From an uncultured Alphaproteobacteria bacterium (lineage in GTDB: Bacteria; Pseudomonadota; Alphaproteobacteria; HIMB59; GCA-002718135): a stretch of 64,000 nt of DNA. Of this stretch, positions 48,761 through 57,295 are shown piece after piece. Position 1 is the first letter of the stretch. The number at the start of each line of letters is the position of its first letter. Location of the stretch: NCBI GenBank assembly GCA_902615745.1, contig CACMQB010000005.1, positions 25,991 through 89,990 on the forward strand, in the 5' to 3' direction. The translations under genes and the position numbers were made by a program. The notes beneath the pieces are model-generated. The model saw only the letters and a program-made list of their open reading frames with translations, was not told the origin of the DNA and did no database searches.

Positions 48761-51506
48761 AGAGAAAACAAAATTTTATTTAAACGAAAAGTTAGTTGAG
48801 GCAAATGCTGATGAAACTATTTGGCAAGTTGCAAATAGACTTGGAACAGAAATCCCACACTTATGTTATTCCGATAAACCTGGCTATAGAGCAGATGGAA
48901 ATTGTAGAGCATGTATGGTTGAAATTGAAGGAGAACGTGTGTTGGCAGCATCTTGTATTAGAAAGCCAACTGATAGTATGAAAGTAAAAACTTCTTCAGA
49001 AAAGGCTAAAAAATCTAGAGAGTTAGTTTTTGAATTACTTCTAGCAGACCAGCCAAAAAAAGAAATTGCTCATGATAATAATTCTGACTTTTGGAAATGG
49101 ATAGACAAAGTTGAAGTTAAAGAAAGTAGATTTCCAAAAAAAACTTCATGTCAGGCAGATGTTTCTCATCCTAGTATGGCTGTAAATCTAGATGCATGCA
49201 TCCAATGTAATCTTTGTGTAAGAGCATGTAGAGAAGTTCAGGTCAACGATGTCATCGGAATGGCATATCGAGGAGAAAATTCTAAAATTGTATTCGATTT
49301 TGATGATCCTATGGGTGATAGTACATGTGTGGCATGTGGTGAATGTGTACAGGCTTGTCCAACTGGAGCATTAATGCCAGCATCCATTGTAGATAAAGAT
49401 GGTGTTGGTCATAGTAAGGTAGATAAAAAAATTGATAGCGTTTGTCCTTATTGTGGTGTGGGTTGTCAGATAGAATACAATGTAAAAGATAACAAAATTA
49501 AATATGTTAATGGTGTTGATGGGCCAGCAAACAAGAATAGATTATGTGTAAAAGGAAGATTTGGTTTTGATTATGTAAATAATCCAGAAAGACTTACAAA
49601 GCCATTGATTAGAATTAAAGATAAACCAAAAGACTTACACCCAAGTATTAATTTTTCGAATATTCATGAATATTTTAGAGAAGCATCTTGGGATGAAGCT
49701 CTAGGTTATGCTGCACAAGGATTTTTAAAACTCAATAAACAAAGAAATGGTAAGAGTAATCTTGCAGGTTTTGGATCAGCTAAATGTTCAAATGAAGAAG
49801 CTTATTTATTTCAAAAATTAATCAGAACTGCTTTTAACACAAATAATGTTGATCATTGTACAAGACTTTGTCATGCGTCTTCTGTAGCTGCTTTGTTGGA
49901 AACTATAGGTTCAGGAGCTGTCACTGCTCCATTCTATGAAGTTGAACATTCTGATGTGATAATAGTTATTGGAGCAAATCCTACTGAAAACCATCCTGTT
50001 GCAGCAACTTTTTTTAAGAATGCTGCTAAAAAGGGTTCTAAATTAATTGTGATGGATCCTAGAGGTCATTCCTTAAAAAAACATGCAACTCATATGTTGC
50101 AATTTAAACCAGGATCTGACGTTGCTCTCTTAAACTCAATAATGAATGTTATTGTCGAAGAAAATTTATTTAATTCCGAATATATTAAAAAACACACTGA
50201 AGGATTTGAAAAATTAAGAAAACATTTAATGAATTACTCACCTGATATAATGGAAAAAGAAACTGGTATTGATCCAGAAATTATAAGAGAAGTAGCACGC
50301 TTATATGCTAATACAAATAAAGGTATAATTTTTTGGGGGATGGGGATTTCTCAACACACACATGGCACCGACAATGCTAGATGTTTAATTTCTCTAGCCT
50401 TAATGACAGGTAATGTTGGAAAAAGAGGATCTGGTTTACATCCTTTAAGAGGACAAAATAATGTTCAAGGAGCATCGGATGCCGGCCTTATACCAATGAT
50501 GTACCCTGATTACCAATTAGTTGATAAAGATAATAACAAAGATTTTTATGAAAAACTTTGGAAGACTCCTTTAGATGATAAAAAAGGTCTAACTGTTGTT
50601 GAAATTATGGATGCTATTCACGAGAATACAATTAAAGGTATGTATATACTTGGAGAAAATCCAGCTATGTCCGACCCTGATCTTAATCATGCAAGAGAAG
50701 CTCTACAAATGTTAGAGCATTTAGTTGTTCAAGATATTTTTTTAACTGAAACAGCAACATATGCGGATGTTATTTTTCCAGCTTCGGCATGGCCTGAAAA
50801 AAATGGAACAGTTACTAATACTAACAGACAAGTACAGATGGGAAGAAAAGCTTTAGACTCTCCAGGTGAAGCGAAAGAAGATTGGTGGATAACAAACGAA
50901 CTTGGAAAAAGAATGGGTTTAAATTGGAAATATAAACATCCCAAGGAAATTTATGAAGAAATGTCACTAACAATGCCTTCATTAAACAATATCTCGTGGG
51001 AAAGATTAGAAAATGAAAACTCTGTAACTTATCCAAGTAAATCTCCAACAACCCCAGGAGATGAAATTGTTTTTAGTGATAAATTTCCAAATGAAAATGG
51101 TAAAGGTAAATTTGTTCCAGCTAGTGTGACTGCACCAGATGAAGTACCGGATAAAGAATTTGCGATGATTCTAACTACCGGAAGGCAATTAGAGCATTGG
51201 CATACTGGAGCTATGACTAGAAAGGCATCAAATTTAGATGCCATTGAACCAGAACCTTCGGTTTCAATATCGCCTAAAGATATAATTAAAAATAATATGA
51301 AAGCTGGTGAAAAAATAAAAGTCACAACTAGAAGAGGCTCAATAGATATTAGAGTAAGGCAAGACAGGGCGATTCCTGACGGAGTTATATTTATTCCATT
51401 TTGTTATAATGAGTCTGCCGCTAATCTTTTAACTAATCCGGCTTTAGATCCATATGGAAAAATTCCTGAATTTAAATATTGTGCTGCAAAAATTGAGAAG
51501 TTATAA
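48753..51506 (+). CDS. fdsA: NAD-dependent formate dehydrogenase alpha subunit (Mo/W-bisPGD, Cys type)
   Basis: 917 aa. N-terminal 2Fe-2S (CYSDKPGYRADGNCRACMVE), two ferredoxin-type 4Fe-4S motifs (CIQCNLCVRAC, CVACGECVQACP), CPYCGVGC, and the molybdopterin domain with HCTRLCHAS (Cys at the Sec/Cys position). There is no in-frame TGA. Confidence 0.9.
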   Translation: MTKEKTKFYLNEKLVEANADETIWQVANRLGTEIPHLCYSDKPGYRADGNCRACMVEIEGERVLAASCIRKPTDSMKVKTSSEKAKKSRELVFELLLADQPKKEIAHDNNSDFWKWIDKVEVKESRFPKKTSCQADVSHPSMAVNLDACIQCNLCVRACREVQVNDVIGMAYRGENSKIVFDFDDPMGDSTCVACGECVQACPTGALMPASIVDKDGVGHSKVDKKIDSVCPYCGVGCQIEYNVKDNKIKYVNGVDGPANKNRLCVKGRFGFDYVNNPERLTKPLIRIKDKPKDLHPSINFSNIHEYFREASWDEALGYAAQGFLKLNKQRNGKSNLAGFGSAKCSNEEAYLFQKLIRTAFNTNNVDHCTRLCHASSVAALLETIGSGAVTAPFYEVEHSDVIIVIGANPTENHPVAATFFKNAAKKGSKLIVMDPRGHSLKKHATHMLQFKPGSDVALLNSIMNVIVEENLFNSEYIKKHTEGFEKLRKHLMNYSPDIMEKETGIDPEIIREVARLYANTNKGIIFWGMGISQHTHGTDNARCLISLALMTGNVGKRGSGLHPLRGQNNVQGASDAGLIPMMYPDYQLVDKDNNKDFYEKLWKTPLDDKKGLTVVEIMDAIHENTIKGMYILGENPAMSDPDLNHAREALQMLEHLVVQDIFLTETATYADVIFPASAWPEKNGTVTNTNRQVQMGRKALDSPGEAKEDWWITNELGKRMGLNWKYKHPKEIYEEMSLTMPSLNNISWERLENENSVTYPSKSPTTPGDEIVFSDKFPNENGKGKFVPASVTAPDEVPDKEFAMILTTGRQLEHWHTGAMTRKASNLDAIEPEPSVSISPKDIIKNNMKAGEKIKVTTRRGSIDIRVRQDRAIPDGVIFIPFCYNESAANLLTNPALDPYGKIPEFKYCAAKIEKL

Positions 51507-51513
51507 ATATTTT

Positions 51514-51636
51514 ATGATTAAAAAAATATTAATAATTTTATTTCTTGTATTTAGTCCAATCACAGCTTGCTCCACATTAAGTGAATTAAACGAAAGAGTA
51601 AAGGGTGATGGGGTTCCTTATATTCCTGGAATTTAA
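51514..51636 (+). CDS. Possible very small lipoprotein (40 aa)
   Basis: MIKKILIILFLVFSPITAC has a signal-peptide shape with a lipobox-like ITAC, leaving a 21-aa mature peptide. I prefer the internal ATG at 51514 because the listed start (51454) lies inside fdsA. It could be a chance ORF. Confidence 0.35.
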   Translation: MIKKILIILFLVFSPITACSTLSELNERVKGDGVPYIPGI

Positions 51637-51686
51637 TTTATAAAATTCTTGTTGAATTTATAATTTAATATAAATGCAAAATTGAT

Positions 51687-51762
<76 letters not shown>

Positions 51763-51774
51763 CTTTAATAACAT

Positions 51775-52536
51775 TTACGTTGAGTAAAACTGATATAAGG
51801 CAATCGATGTTGCGTTAGAAACATTTAAACTATCAATTTCAAATTTTAAATTATTTTTCATGTTTATCTGAATTATTTCATCACATTCCTTTTTTACTAA
51901 TTCTCTAATACCTTTTCCTTCAGAGCCAAAAACTAATACTGATTTTTGTGAAAAATTTAATTTTGAATTTTTATTTTTCGAACTGTCAAAGCCATAAATC
52001 CAATAATTATTTTTTTTAAGAAAAGAAATAGCTCTTCTAATATTTGTCACTCTAATATAATTTACAATTTCTGCAGCACCAGAAGCTGATTTATAAAGTG
52101 ATGAAGTCAGTTCTGGTGAATTATCTTTGCCAACTATAATTCCTGCACAATCAAATAATGCACATGATCTCATTATTGATCCAATATTTTGAGGGTCAGT
52201 TACTTGATCTAAAATTAATATTACTGATTTTGATTTCTTGCTTTCTATTTTTACAAATTCTTCTAAACTTGGCCAAGTAAGATATTTTGTTTTAAGAACT
52301 ATTCCCTGTGTTGTGTTCTCATTTCCAAATCGTCTTGTGAATTCATTTTGGGGAAGAACGGTAATTTTTTGTATTATAGATTCATATTTTTTTGCAAAAT
52401 TAGTCTGATTTTTACTAATTATAAGCTCAATATTTTCTCTTTTTTTATTTTGGAGAGCTGCCTTAACAGAATGTAGACCAAAAATTGTATGAATTCCTTG
52501 GTTTTTATTAGATTTATTATTTCTAAACTTATTCAT
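51775..52536 (-). CDS. rlmB: TrmH/SpoU-family 23S rRNA (guanosine-2'-O)-methyltransferase (RlmB-like)
   Basis: 253 aa. SpoU motifs LDQVTDPQNIGSIMRS, LVFGSEGKGI and LNVSNATSIALY. Confidence 0.8.
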   Translation of the reverse strand: MNKFRNNKSNKNQGIHTIFGLHSVKAALQNKKRENIELIISKNQTNFAKKYESIIQKITVLPQNEFTRRFGNENTTQGIVLKTKYLTWPSLEEFVKIESKKSKSVILILDQVTDPQNIGSIMRSCALFDCAGIIVGKDNSPELTSSLYKSASGAAEIVNYIRVTNIRRAISFLKKNNYWIYGFDSSKNKNSKLNFSQKSVLVFGSEGKGIRELVKKECDEIIQINMKNNLKFEIDSLNVSNATSIALYQFYST

Positions 52537-52661
52537 GGCGTAATATCACTGATTTGTCTAATTAATACAATCTAGATATATACAAAATGGCTTTTTTTGT
52601 CTAAAAGGCCGTTGCTTTTACGAGCATACGTTTTTTGCAAAGGTGAAGCTGCTGTTTTAGA

Positions 52662-52691
52662 TTGACAGATATACTAATTTATTAGTATTGG
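52662..52691 (+). promoter_or_regulatory. Candidate promoter for the tRNA-Tyr/tRNA-Gly/tuf transcription unit
   Basis: Perfect -35 hexamer TTGACA at 52662..52667. Possible -10 elements are TAGTAT (52683..52688, 15-nt spacer) or TATTGG (52686..52691, 18-nt spacer), 16-20 nt before the tRNA-Tyr 5' end. The -10 is imperfect. Confidence 0.3.
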
Positions 52692-52706
52692 CCAATTTCT
52701 TCAAAC

Positions 52707-52792
52707 GGAGGGGTGGTCGAGTGGTTAAAGGCAGCGGACTGTAAATCCGCCCGCGTGAGCGTACGTAGGTTCGAATCCTACCCCCTCCACCA
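52707..52792 (+). tRNA. tRNA-Tyr (anticodon GUA), long variable arm, CCA encoded
   Basis: Acceptor GGAGGGG/CCCCTCC, anticodon loop CT-GTA-AA, variable arm CCGCGTGAGCGTACG, T arm GTAGG-TTCGAAT-CCTAC, ACCA end. Confidence 0.95.
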
Positions 52793-52850
52793 TTATGGAG
52801 GTAATGGGATGAAAGCATTAAAGTGAGTGTGTGAAGCAGTCAGTTTAGTT

Positions 52851-52924
52851 GCGGGTGTAGCTTAGTGGTAAAGCTCCAGCCTTCCAAGCTGGCTACGAGG
52901 GTTCGATTCCCTTCACCCGCTCCA
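52851..52924 (+). tRNA. tRNA-Gly (anticodon UCC), CCA encoded
   Basis: Acceptor GCGGGTG/CACCCGC, anticodon stem-loop CCAGC-CTTCCAA-GCTGG, T arm GAGGG-TTCGATT-CCCTT, TCCA end. Confidence 0.95.
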
Positions 52925-52950
52925 TAACAAAACATTATTGGGGTAAAAAA

Positions 52951-54141
52951 ATGGCTAAAGCAAAATTCGAAAGAAACAAACCGCATTGTAACATAGGTAC
53001 TGTTGGTCACGTTGACCATGGTAAAACAACATTAACAGCTGCTATAACAAAAATATTAGCTGAGACAGGTGGAGCAGAATTTACAGATTATGCAAACATA
53101 GATAAAGCACCTGAAGAAAGAGAACGTGGTATTACAATATCTACTGCACACGTTGAATATGAAACTGAAGCAAGACATTATGCTCACGTAGATTGTCCTG
53201 GACACGCAGATTATGTTAAGAACATGATTACTGGTGCAGCTCAAATGGATGGTGGTATCTTGGTTGTTAATGCCGCTGATGGACCAATGCCTCAAACAAG
53301 AGAACACATACTTTTAGCTAGACAAGTAGGTGTACCTGCTCTTGTTGTATACATGAACAAAGTTGATCAAGTAGATGACAAAGAACTAATTGATCTAGTT
53401 GAAATGGAAATTAGAGAACTTCTTACTTCATACGAATTCCCAGGTGATACTATCCCAATCATTAAGGGTTCGGCTTTAGCAGCGCTTGAAGGTAGAGATG
53501 ATGAAATTGGAAAAAATTCAATTATGGAATTAATGAAAGCAGTTGATGAACACATACCACAACCTAGCCGACCTGTAGATCAGCCTTTCTTAATGCCAGT
53601 TGAAGATGTATTTTCAATTTCTGGTAGAGGTACGGTTGTAACTGGAAGAATTGAACAAGGTCAAGTTAAAGTTGGAGAGGAAATCGAAATCCTTGGAATA
53701 AGAGAACCTCAAAAAACTACTTGTACTGGAGTTGAGATGTTTAGAAAACTTCTCGATTCTGGTGAAGCTGGAGACAACGTAGGTGTTCTTCTTCGTGGAA
53801 CAAAAAGAGAAGAAGTTGAACGAGGTCAAGTATTAGCAAAACCAGGCTCAATAAAACCACATACAAAATTCAAAGCGGAAGCATATGTATTAAAAAAAGA
53901 AGAGGGTGGAAGACATACCCCCTTCTTTTCAAACTACAGACCTCAATTCTACTTTAGAACAACTGATGTGACTGGAACAATTAAATTACCAGAGGGAACC
54001 GAAATGGTAATGCCTGGTGATAATATTGCTATGGAAGTTACCCTTTTGTCTCCAATTGCAATGGATAAAGGTTTAAAATTCGCAATTAGAGAAGGTGGTA
54101 GAACAGTTGGCGCTGGAGTTGTTGCTGAAATTATTGAATAG
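52951..54141 (+). CDS. tuf: Elongation factor Tu
   Basis: 396 aa. [40 protein letters not shown]. Confidence 0.98.
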   Translation: MAKAKFERNKPHCNIGTVGHVDHGKTTLTAAITKILAETGGAEFTDYANIDKAPEERERGITISTAHVEYETEARHYAHVDCPGHADYVKNMITGAAQMDGGILVVNAADGPMPQTREHILLARQVGVPALVVYMNKVDQVDDKELIDLVEMEIRELLTSYEFPGDTIPIIKGSALAALEGRDDEIGKNSIMELMKAVDEHIPQPSRPVDQPFLMPVEDVFSISGRGTVVTGRIEQGQVKVGEEIEILGIREPQKTTCTGVEMFRKLLDSGEAGDNVGVLLRGTKREEVERGQVLAKPGSIKPHTKFKAEAYVLKKEEGGRHTPFFSNYRPQFYFRTTDVTGTIKLPEGTEMVMPGDNIAMEVTLLSPIAMDKGLKFAIREGGRTVGAGVVAEIIE

Positions 54142-54178
54142 TTTTAGGGACCGCTCTATCAGTTAGCCAATACTTATT

Positions 54179-54254
54179 AGGAGTGTAGCTCAACTGGTAG
54201 AGCACCGGTCTCCAAAACCGGGGGCTGCGGGTTCAAGTCCTGCCACTCCTGCCA
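54179..54254 (+). tRNA. tRNA-Trp (anticodon CCA), CCA encoded
   Basis: Acceptor AGGAGTG/CACTCCT, anticodon stem-loop CCGGT-CTCCAAA-ACCGG, T arm GCGGG-TTCAAGT-CCTGC. Classical position between tuf and secE. Confidence 0.95.
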
Positions 54255-54268
54255 AGAGAAACAAAAAT

Positions 54269-54484
54269 ATGAATATTGAAAAAAAGAAAACATCACCAGC
54301 TCTTTTTGTAAGACAGGTTAGACAAGAATTACAAAAAGTAACTTGGCCTCAAAGAAGAGATACTTTTATTTCTTCTGCAATAGTCATATTATTAATAATA
54401 TTATTTTCATTATTCTTTCTTTTAACAGATCAAATATGGTCTTTTTCAATAAGAAAAATAATTGAAATAGGTTCAGGTTTTTAA
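54269..54484 (+). CDS. secE: Preprotein translocase subunit SecE
   Basis: 71 aa. FVRQVRQELQKVTWPQRRDT followed by a single TM, the SecE signature. Confidence 0.9.
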   Translation: MNIEKKKTSPALFVRQVRQELQKVTWPQRRDTFISSAIVILLIILFSLFFLLTDQIWSFSIRKIIEIGSGF

Positions 54485-55017
54485 TGAATAAAGCTAGATG
54501 GTACGTTCTTCATGCCTATTCAGGTTATGAAAAAAAAGTTGCTGACAGCATCCTAGACCAAGCAACAAAACTTGGAGTTAAAGAACATATCGAAGAAATA
54601 TCTGTTCCCGTTCAAAATATTGTTGAGGTAAAAAGAGGTGTTAGGGTTAATACAGAAAGAAAAATATTTCCTGGTTATATTCTTATTAAAATGAGTTTAA
54701 ATGATGATACTTGGCATATTATTAAAACAACTCCAAAGCTAAGTGGTTTTTTAGGAAATAAAGGCAAACCAGTTCCTATTAGTAACGCTGAAGCAAAAAG
54801 AATATCTGAACAAGTTATTGATGGTGTAGAAAAATCTAGGCCTGCGATAATGTATGATGTTGGAGAACAAGTAAAAGTAATTGATGGACCTTTTGCATCA
54901 TTTAATGGAGAGGTCGAACAAATAGATGAAGATAAAGCAAGATTAAGAGTAGCGGTTTCAATTTTTGGAAGATCAACACCTGTTGATTTAGAATATTCTC
55001 AGGTAGAAAAGGTATAA
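54484..55017 (+). CDS. nusG: Transcription termination/antitermination factor NusG
   Basis: 177 aa. RWYVLHAYSGYEKKV, FPGYILIKM, and the KOW region GEQVKVIDGPFASFNGEV. Confidence 0.95.
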   Translation: MNKARWYVLHAYSGYEKKVADSILDQATKLGVKEHIEEISVPVQNIVEVKRGVRVNTERKIFPGYILIKMSLNDDTWHIIKTTPKLSGFLGNKGKPVPISNAEAKRISEQVIDGVEKSRPAIMYDVGEQVKVIDGPFASFNGEVEQIDEDKARLRVAVSIFGRSTPVDLEYSQVEKV

Positions 55018-55020
55018 ACT

Positions 55021-55449
55021 ATGGCTAAAGAAATTTTAGGTTTAATTAAATTACAAATTCCTGCTGGAGGAGCCAACCCTTCACCCCCTGTTGGTCCTGC
55101 TCTTGGACAAAGAGGACTGAATATAATGGATTTTTGTAAAGCATTTAATGATAAAACAAAAGATTTAGAAAAAGGTGCGCCTATTCCAGTTATTATAACA
55201 GCATACAAAGATAGAAGCTTCGACTTTACTACAAAATTACCACCAGTAAGTTTTTATCTTAAAAAAGCAGCAAAAATAAAAAAAGGAAACTCAACTCCTG
55301 GAAGATCATTAGTAGGTAAAGTCTCAATGCAAGATATTGAAAAAATTGCCAAAGAAAAAATGCAAGATTTAAATGCTATCGATCTAAATGGAGCAATGAA
55401 CATGGTTAAAGGATCTGCCGTTTCAATGGGCATGGAGGTAGTTGGTTAA
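55021..55449 (+). CDS. rplK: 50S ribosomal protein L11
   Basis: 142 aa. [35 protein letters not shown]. Confidence 0.97.
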   Translation: MAKEILGLIKLQIPAGGANPSPPVGPALGQRGLNIMDFCKAFNDKTKDLEKGAPIPVIITAYKDRSFDFTTKLPPVSFYLKKAAKIKKGNSTPGRSLVGKVSMQDIEKIAKEKMQDLNAIDLNGAMNMVKGSAVSMGMEVVG

Positions 55450-56138
55450 TGAAAATAACAAAAAATAGAAAACAAATGTTAAATAATTTTGACACTTCAA
55501 AGATTTATGAACCTCTTGAAGCAATTAAGATTTTAAAAGAAAAATCTTTCGTTAAGTTTACAGAAACTATTGATATTTCAATCAATCTCGGAATTGATAG
55601 CAACAAAACTGATCAAAATATTAAGGGTGTTGTAAATCTTCCAAATGGAACAGGAAAAACCGTAAAAGTTGCAGTAATTGCAAATGATGACAAACAAAAA
55701 GATGCAATAAGTAATGGTGCCGATTTGGTAGGGAGTGATGATTTGATTGAAACAATTTCTAAATCAAAAATAGAATTCGATGTTTTAATTGCAACTCCAG
55801 ATATGATGCCTAAATTAGGTAAAGTAGCAAAAATACTTGGCCCAAAAGGATTAATGCCAAATCCCAAGCTCGGTACTGTAACAAATGAAATTTCTCAGTC
55901 AGTAAAAGACGCTAAGTCAGGTCAAGTCAAATTCAAAAATGATAAATCTGGTATCGTTCATGCTGGTGTTGGCAAACTAGATTTTAGCGAAGAAGATTTG
56001 TTAGAAAATATTAAAACATTTTATTCTTCAGTTAGTAAAAGTAAACCTGATGCTGTTAAGGGTTCTTTTATAAAAAAGGTTACCATAGCTTCAACTATGG
56101 GAGTTGGATTAAATATTAACCAAGCTAGCTTGCGTTAA
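55449..56138 (+). CDS. rplA: 50S ribosomal protein L1
   Basis: 229 aa. FTETIDISINLGID, GTGKTVKVAV, LGPKGLMPNPKLGTVT. Confidence 0.95.
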   Translation: MKITKNRKQMLNNFDTSKIYEPLEAIKILKEKSFVKFTETIDISINLGIDSNKTDQNIKGVVNLPNGTGKTVKVAVIANDDKQKDAISNGADLVGSDDLIETISKSKIEFDVLIATPDMMPKLGKVAKILGPKGLMPNPKLGTVTNEISQSVKDAKSGQVKFKNDKSGIVHAGVGKLDFSEEDLLENIKTFYSSVSKSKPDAVKGSFIKKVTIASTMGVGLNINQASLR

Positions 56139-56321
56139 TTAATCCAAAAGATGATCTTTGGTCATCACCTGTCAAAGACTGCAGGAGCTTTTAGCTTAAT
56201 TTCCTGCATAGACTGAAGCGAGTCATTGATTTGCTTCTTGACAGGCTTTAAGTTAGTTTGGTGGGCAAACTAATTTTAGCTAATATTGGATCTTTTAGAT
56301 TCAATAAAAACCGAGGTTGAC
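56139..56321 (+). promoter_or_regulatory. Structured rplJL 5' leader (candidate L10-(L7/L12) autoregulatory element)
   Basis: Hand-checked helices:
- hairpin 56150..56166 (GATGATC/GGTCATC)
- outer helix CCTGTCAA 56168..56175 pairing with TTGACAGG 56238..56245
- enclosed helix TGCAGGA 56180..56186 / TCCTGCA 56202..56208
- small hairpin GACT..AGTC 56211..56224
- hairpin TTAGTTTG-GTGGG-CAAACTAA 56253..56273
This region is unusually GC- and structure-rich for the window. Confidence 0.5.
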
Positions 56322-56843
56322 GTGAAACGTTCTGAAAAAAAAGATTTTGTAAGTAATCTCAAAGAAGATTTTTCAAATGCTACTTCTGTAATTGTGGCAG
56401 AATATTCTGGTCTAACAGTTAATGAAACAGAGCAGCTCAGAAAAGAAATGAGAGATAATGGAGCAAAATTTAAAGTAACTAAGAACAGACTCACTAAACT
56501 TGCTATATCTGATACTCAATTTAAAGATATTTCAGAACTTTTTAAAGGTCCAACAGCAATTGCTTACTCTGATGATGCAGTAGCACCAGCAAAAGTAGCG
56601 GTTAGTTTTGAGAAAAAATTTGATAAGTTTAGAATTATTGGTGGAGGTTATAATGGTGAGAAAATTGATAAAGAAAAAATTGATTTTCTTGCAAAATTAC
56701 CTTCTTTAGATGAGTTAAGAGGAAAATTAATAGGACTTATATCTGCACCTGCTCAAAAAATAGCTTCAATTACGGCTGAACCTGGAGCACAAATTGCAAG
56801 ATTAATTAGTTCTAATAGTAGCAATAAACAAGAGTCGAACTAG
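56322..56843 (+). CDS. rplJ: 50S ribosomal protein L10
   Basis: The core SEKKDFVSNLKEDFSNATSVIVAEYSGLTVNETEQLRKEMRDNGAKFKVTKNRL is typical L10. I prefer the GTG at 56322 (GAGG 5 nt upstream, 173 aa) over the listed TTG at 56286, which would lie inside the structured leader. Confidence 0.9.
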   Translation: MKRSEKKDFVSNLKEDFSNATSVIVAEYSGLTVNETEQLRKEMRDNGAKFKVTKNRLTKLAISDTQFKDISELFKGPTAIAYSDDAVAPAKVAVSFEKKFDKFRIIGGGYNGEKIDKEKIDFLAKLPSLDELRGKLIGLISAPAQKIASITAEPGAQIARLISSNSSNKQESN

Positions 56844-56861
56844 GTAAATAAGGAGAAATAA

Positions 56862-57239
56862 ATGGCTGATTTAAATAAAATTGTTGAAGATCTATCTTCT
56901 CTTACTGTTCTTGAAGCAGCTGAATTAAGTAAATTGCTTGAAGAAAAATGGGGTGTATCCGCAGCTGCACCAGTTGCAGTAGCTGCTGCTCCTGCTGCAG
57001 GTGGTGGAGAAGCCGCTGCAGAAGAGAAAACAGAATTTGATATTGAACTATCTGAATCTGGATCTAATAAAATTGCTGTAATTAAAGAGGTAAGAACTAT
57101 TACTGGTCTTGGCCTTAAAGAAGCAAAAGATCTGGTTGAAGGTGCACCTAAACCACTAAAACAAGGGGTCAAAAAAGAAGAAGCTGAAGAAATGAAAAAA
57201 GCATTAGAAGCAGCTGGTGCAAAGATAACACTAAAATAA
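56862..57239 (+). CDS. rplL: 50S ribosomal protein L7/L12
   Basis: 125 aa. Ala/Glu-rich hinge ([23 protein letters not shown]) and C-terminal domain [24 protein letters not shown]. Confidence 0.95.
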   Translation: MADLNKIVEDLSSLTVLEAAELSKLLEEKWGVSAAAPVAVAAAPAAGGGEAAAEEKTEFDIELSESGSNKIAVIKEVRTITGLGLKEAKDLVEGAPKPLKQGVKKEEAEEMKKALEAAGAKITLK

Positions 57240-57242
57240 ATT

Positions 57243-57272
57243 GTAGGCCTTTTTTTAAGGCCTACTAATTTT
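57243..57272 (+). terminator. Intrinsic terminator/attenuator hairpin between rplL and rpoB
   Basis: 9-bp stem GTAGGCCTT (57243..57251) / AAGGCCTAC (57257..57265) with a TTTTT loop, followed by TAATTTTA. This corresponds to the partial terminator known at this position in the E. coli rplJL-rpoBC operon. Confidence 0.55.
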
Positions 57273-57295
57273 ATAAGAGTAAATAAAGGAGTAAA

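Noticed and set aside
48753-51506. Selenocysteine recoding (in-frame TGA plus SECIS) in the formate dehydrogenase alpha subunit.
   Set aside because: The ORF is uninterrupted, and the catalytic position reads Cys (HCTRLCHAS). No in-frame TGA is present.
51454-51513. Upstream part of the 60-aa ORF overlapping the 3' end of fdsA.
   Set aside because: It lies inside fdsA in another frame. A signal-peptide-like sequence begins only at the internal ATG at 51514, so only 51514..51636 is kept, at low confidence.
52587-52604. Mini-ORF ATG GCT TTT TTT GTC TAA (MAFFV) before the terminator-like hairpin, reminiscent of a Phe leader peptide.
   Set aside because: It has only two Phe codons and no SD. 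The downstream genes (tRNA-Tyr, tRNA-Gly, tuf) have no link to Phe. It is most likely chance in T-rich sequence.
56286-56321. TTG start for rplJ as listed in the ORF track.
   Set aside because: The first 12 codons are unlike L10 N-termini and overlap the structured leader. The GTG at 56322, preceded by GAGG, gives a typical 173-aa L10.
56840-57172. 110-aa antisense ORF opposite rplL. Similar shadow ORFs occur at 1057..1239, 1686..2280, 6582..6833, 7564..7779, 12822..13079, 22112..22666, 23481..23672, 25112..25303, 27543..28416, 36177..36359, 38179..38702, 40620..40877, 41456..41731, 43497..43733, 50729..51325, 53056..53829, 54999..55208, 55613..55867, 56276..56494, 58204..59505 and 62547..62756.
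   Set aside because: All lie wholly inside well-supported conserved genes on the opposite strand or in another frame. They have low-complexity or mirror-image composition (for example the Ala-rich antisense of the L7/L12 hinge) and no recognisable motifs.
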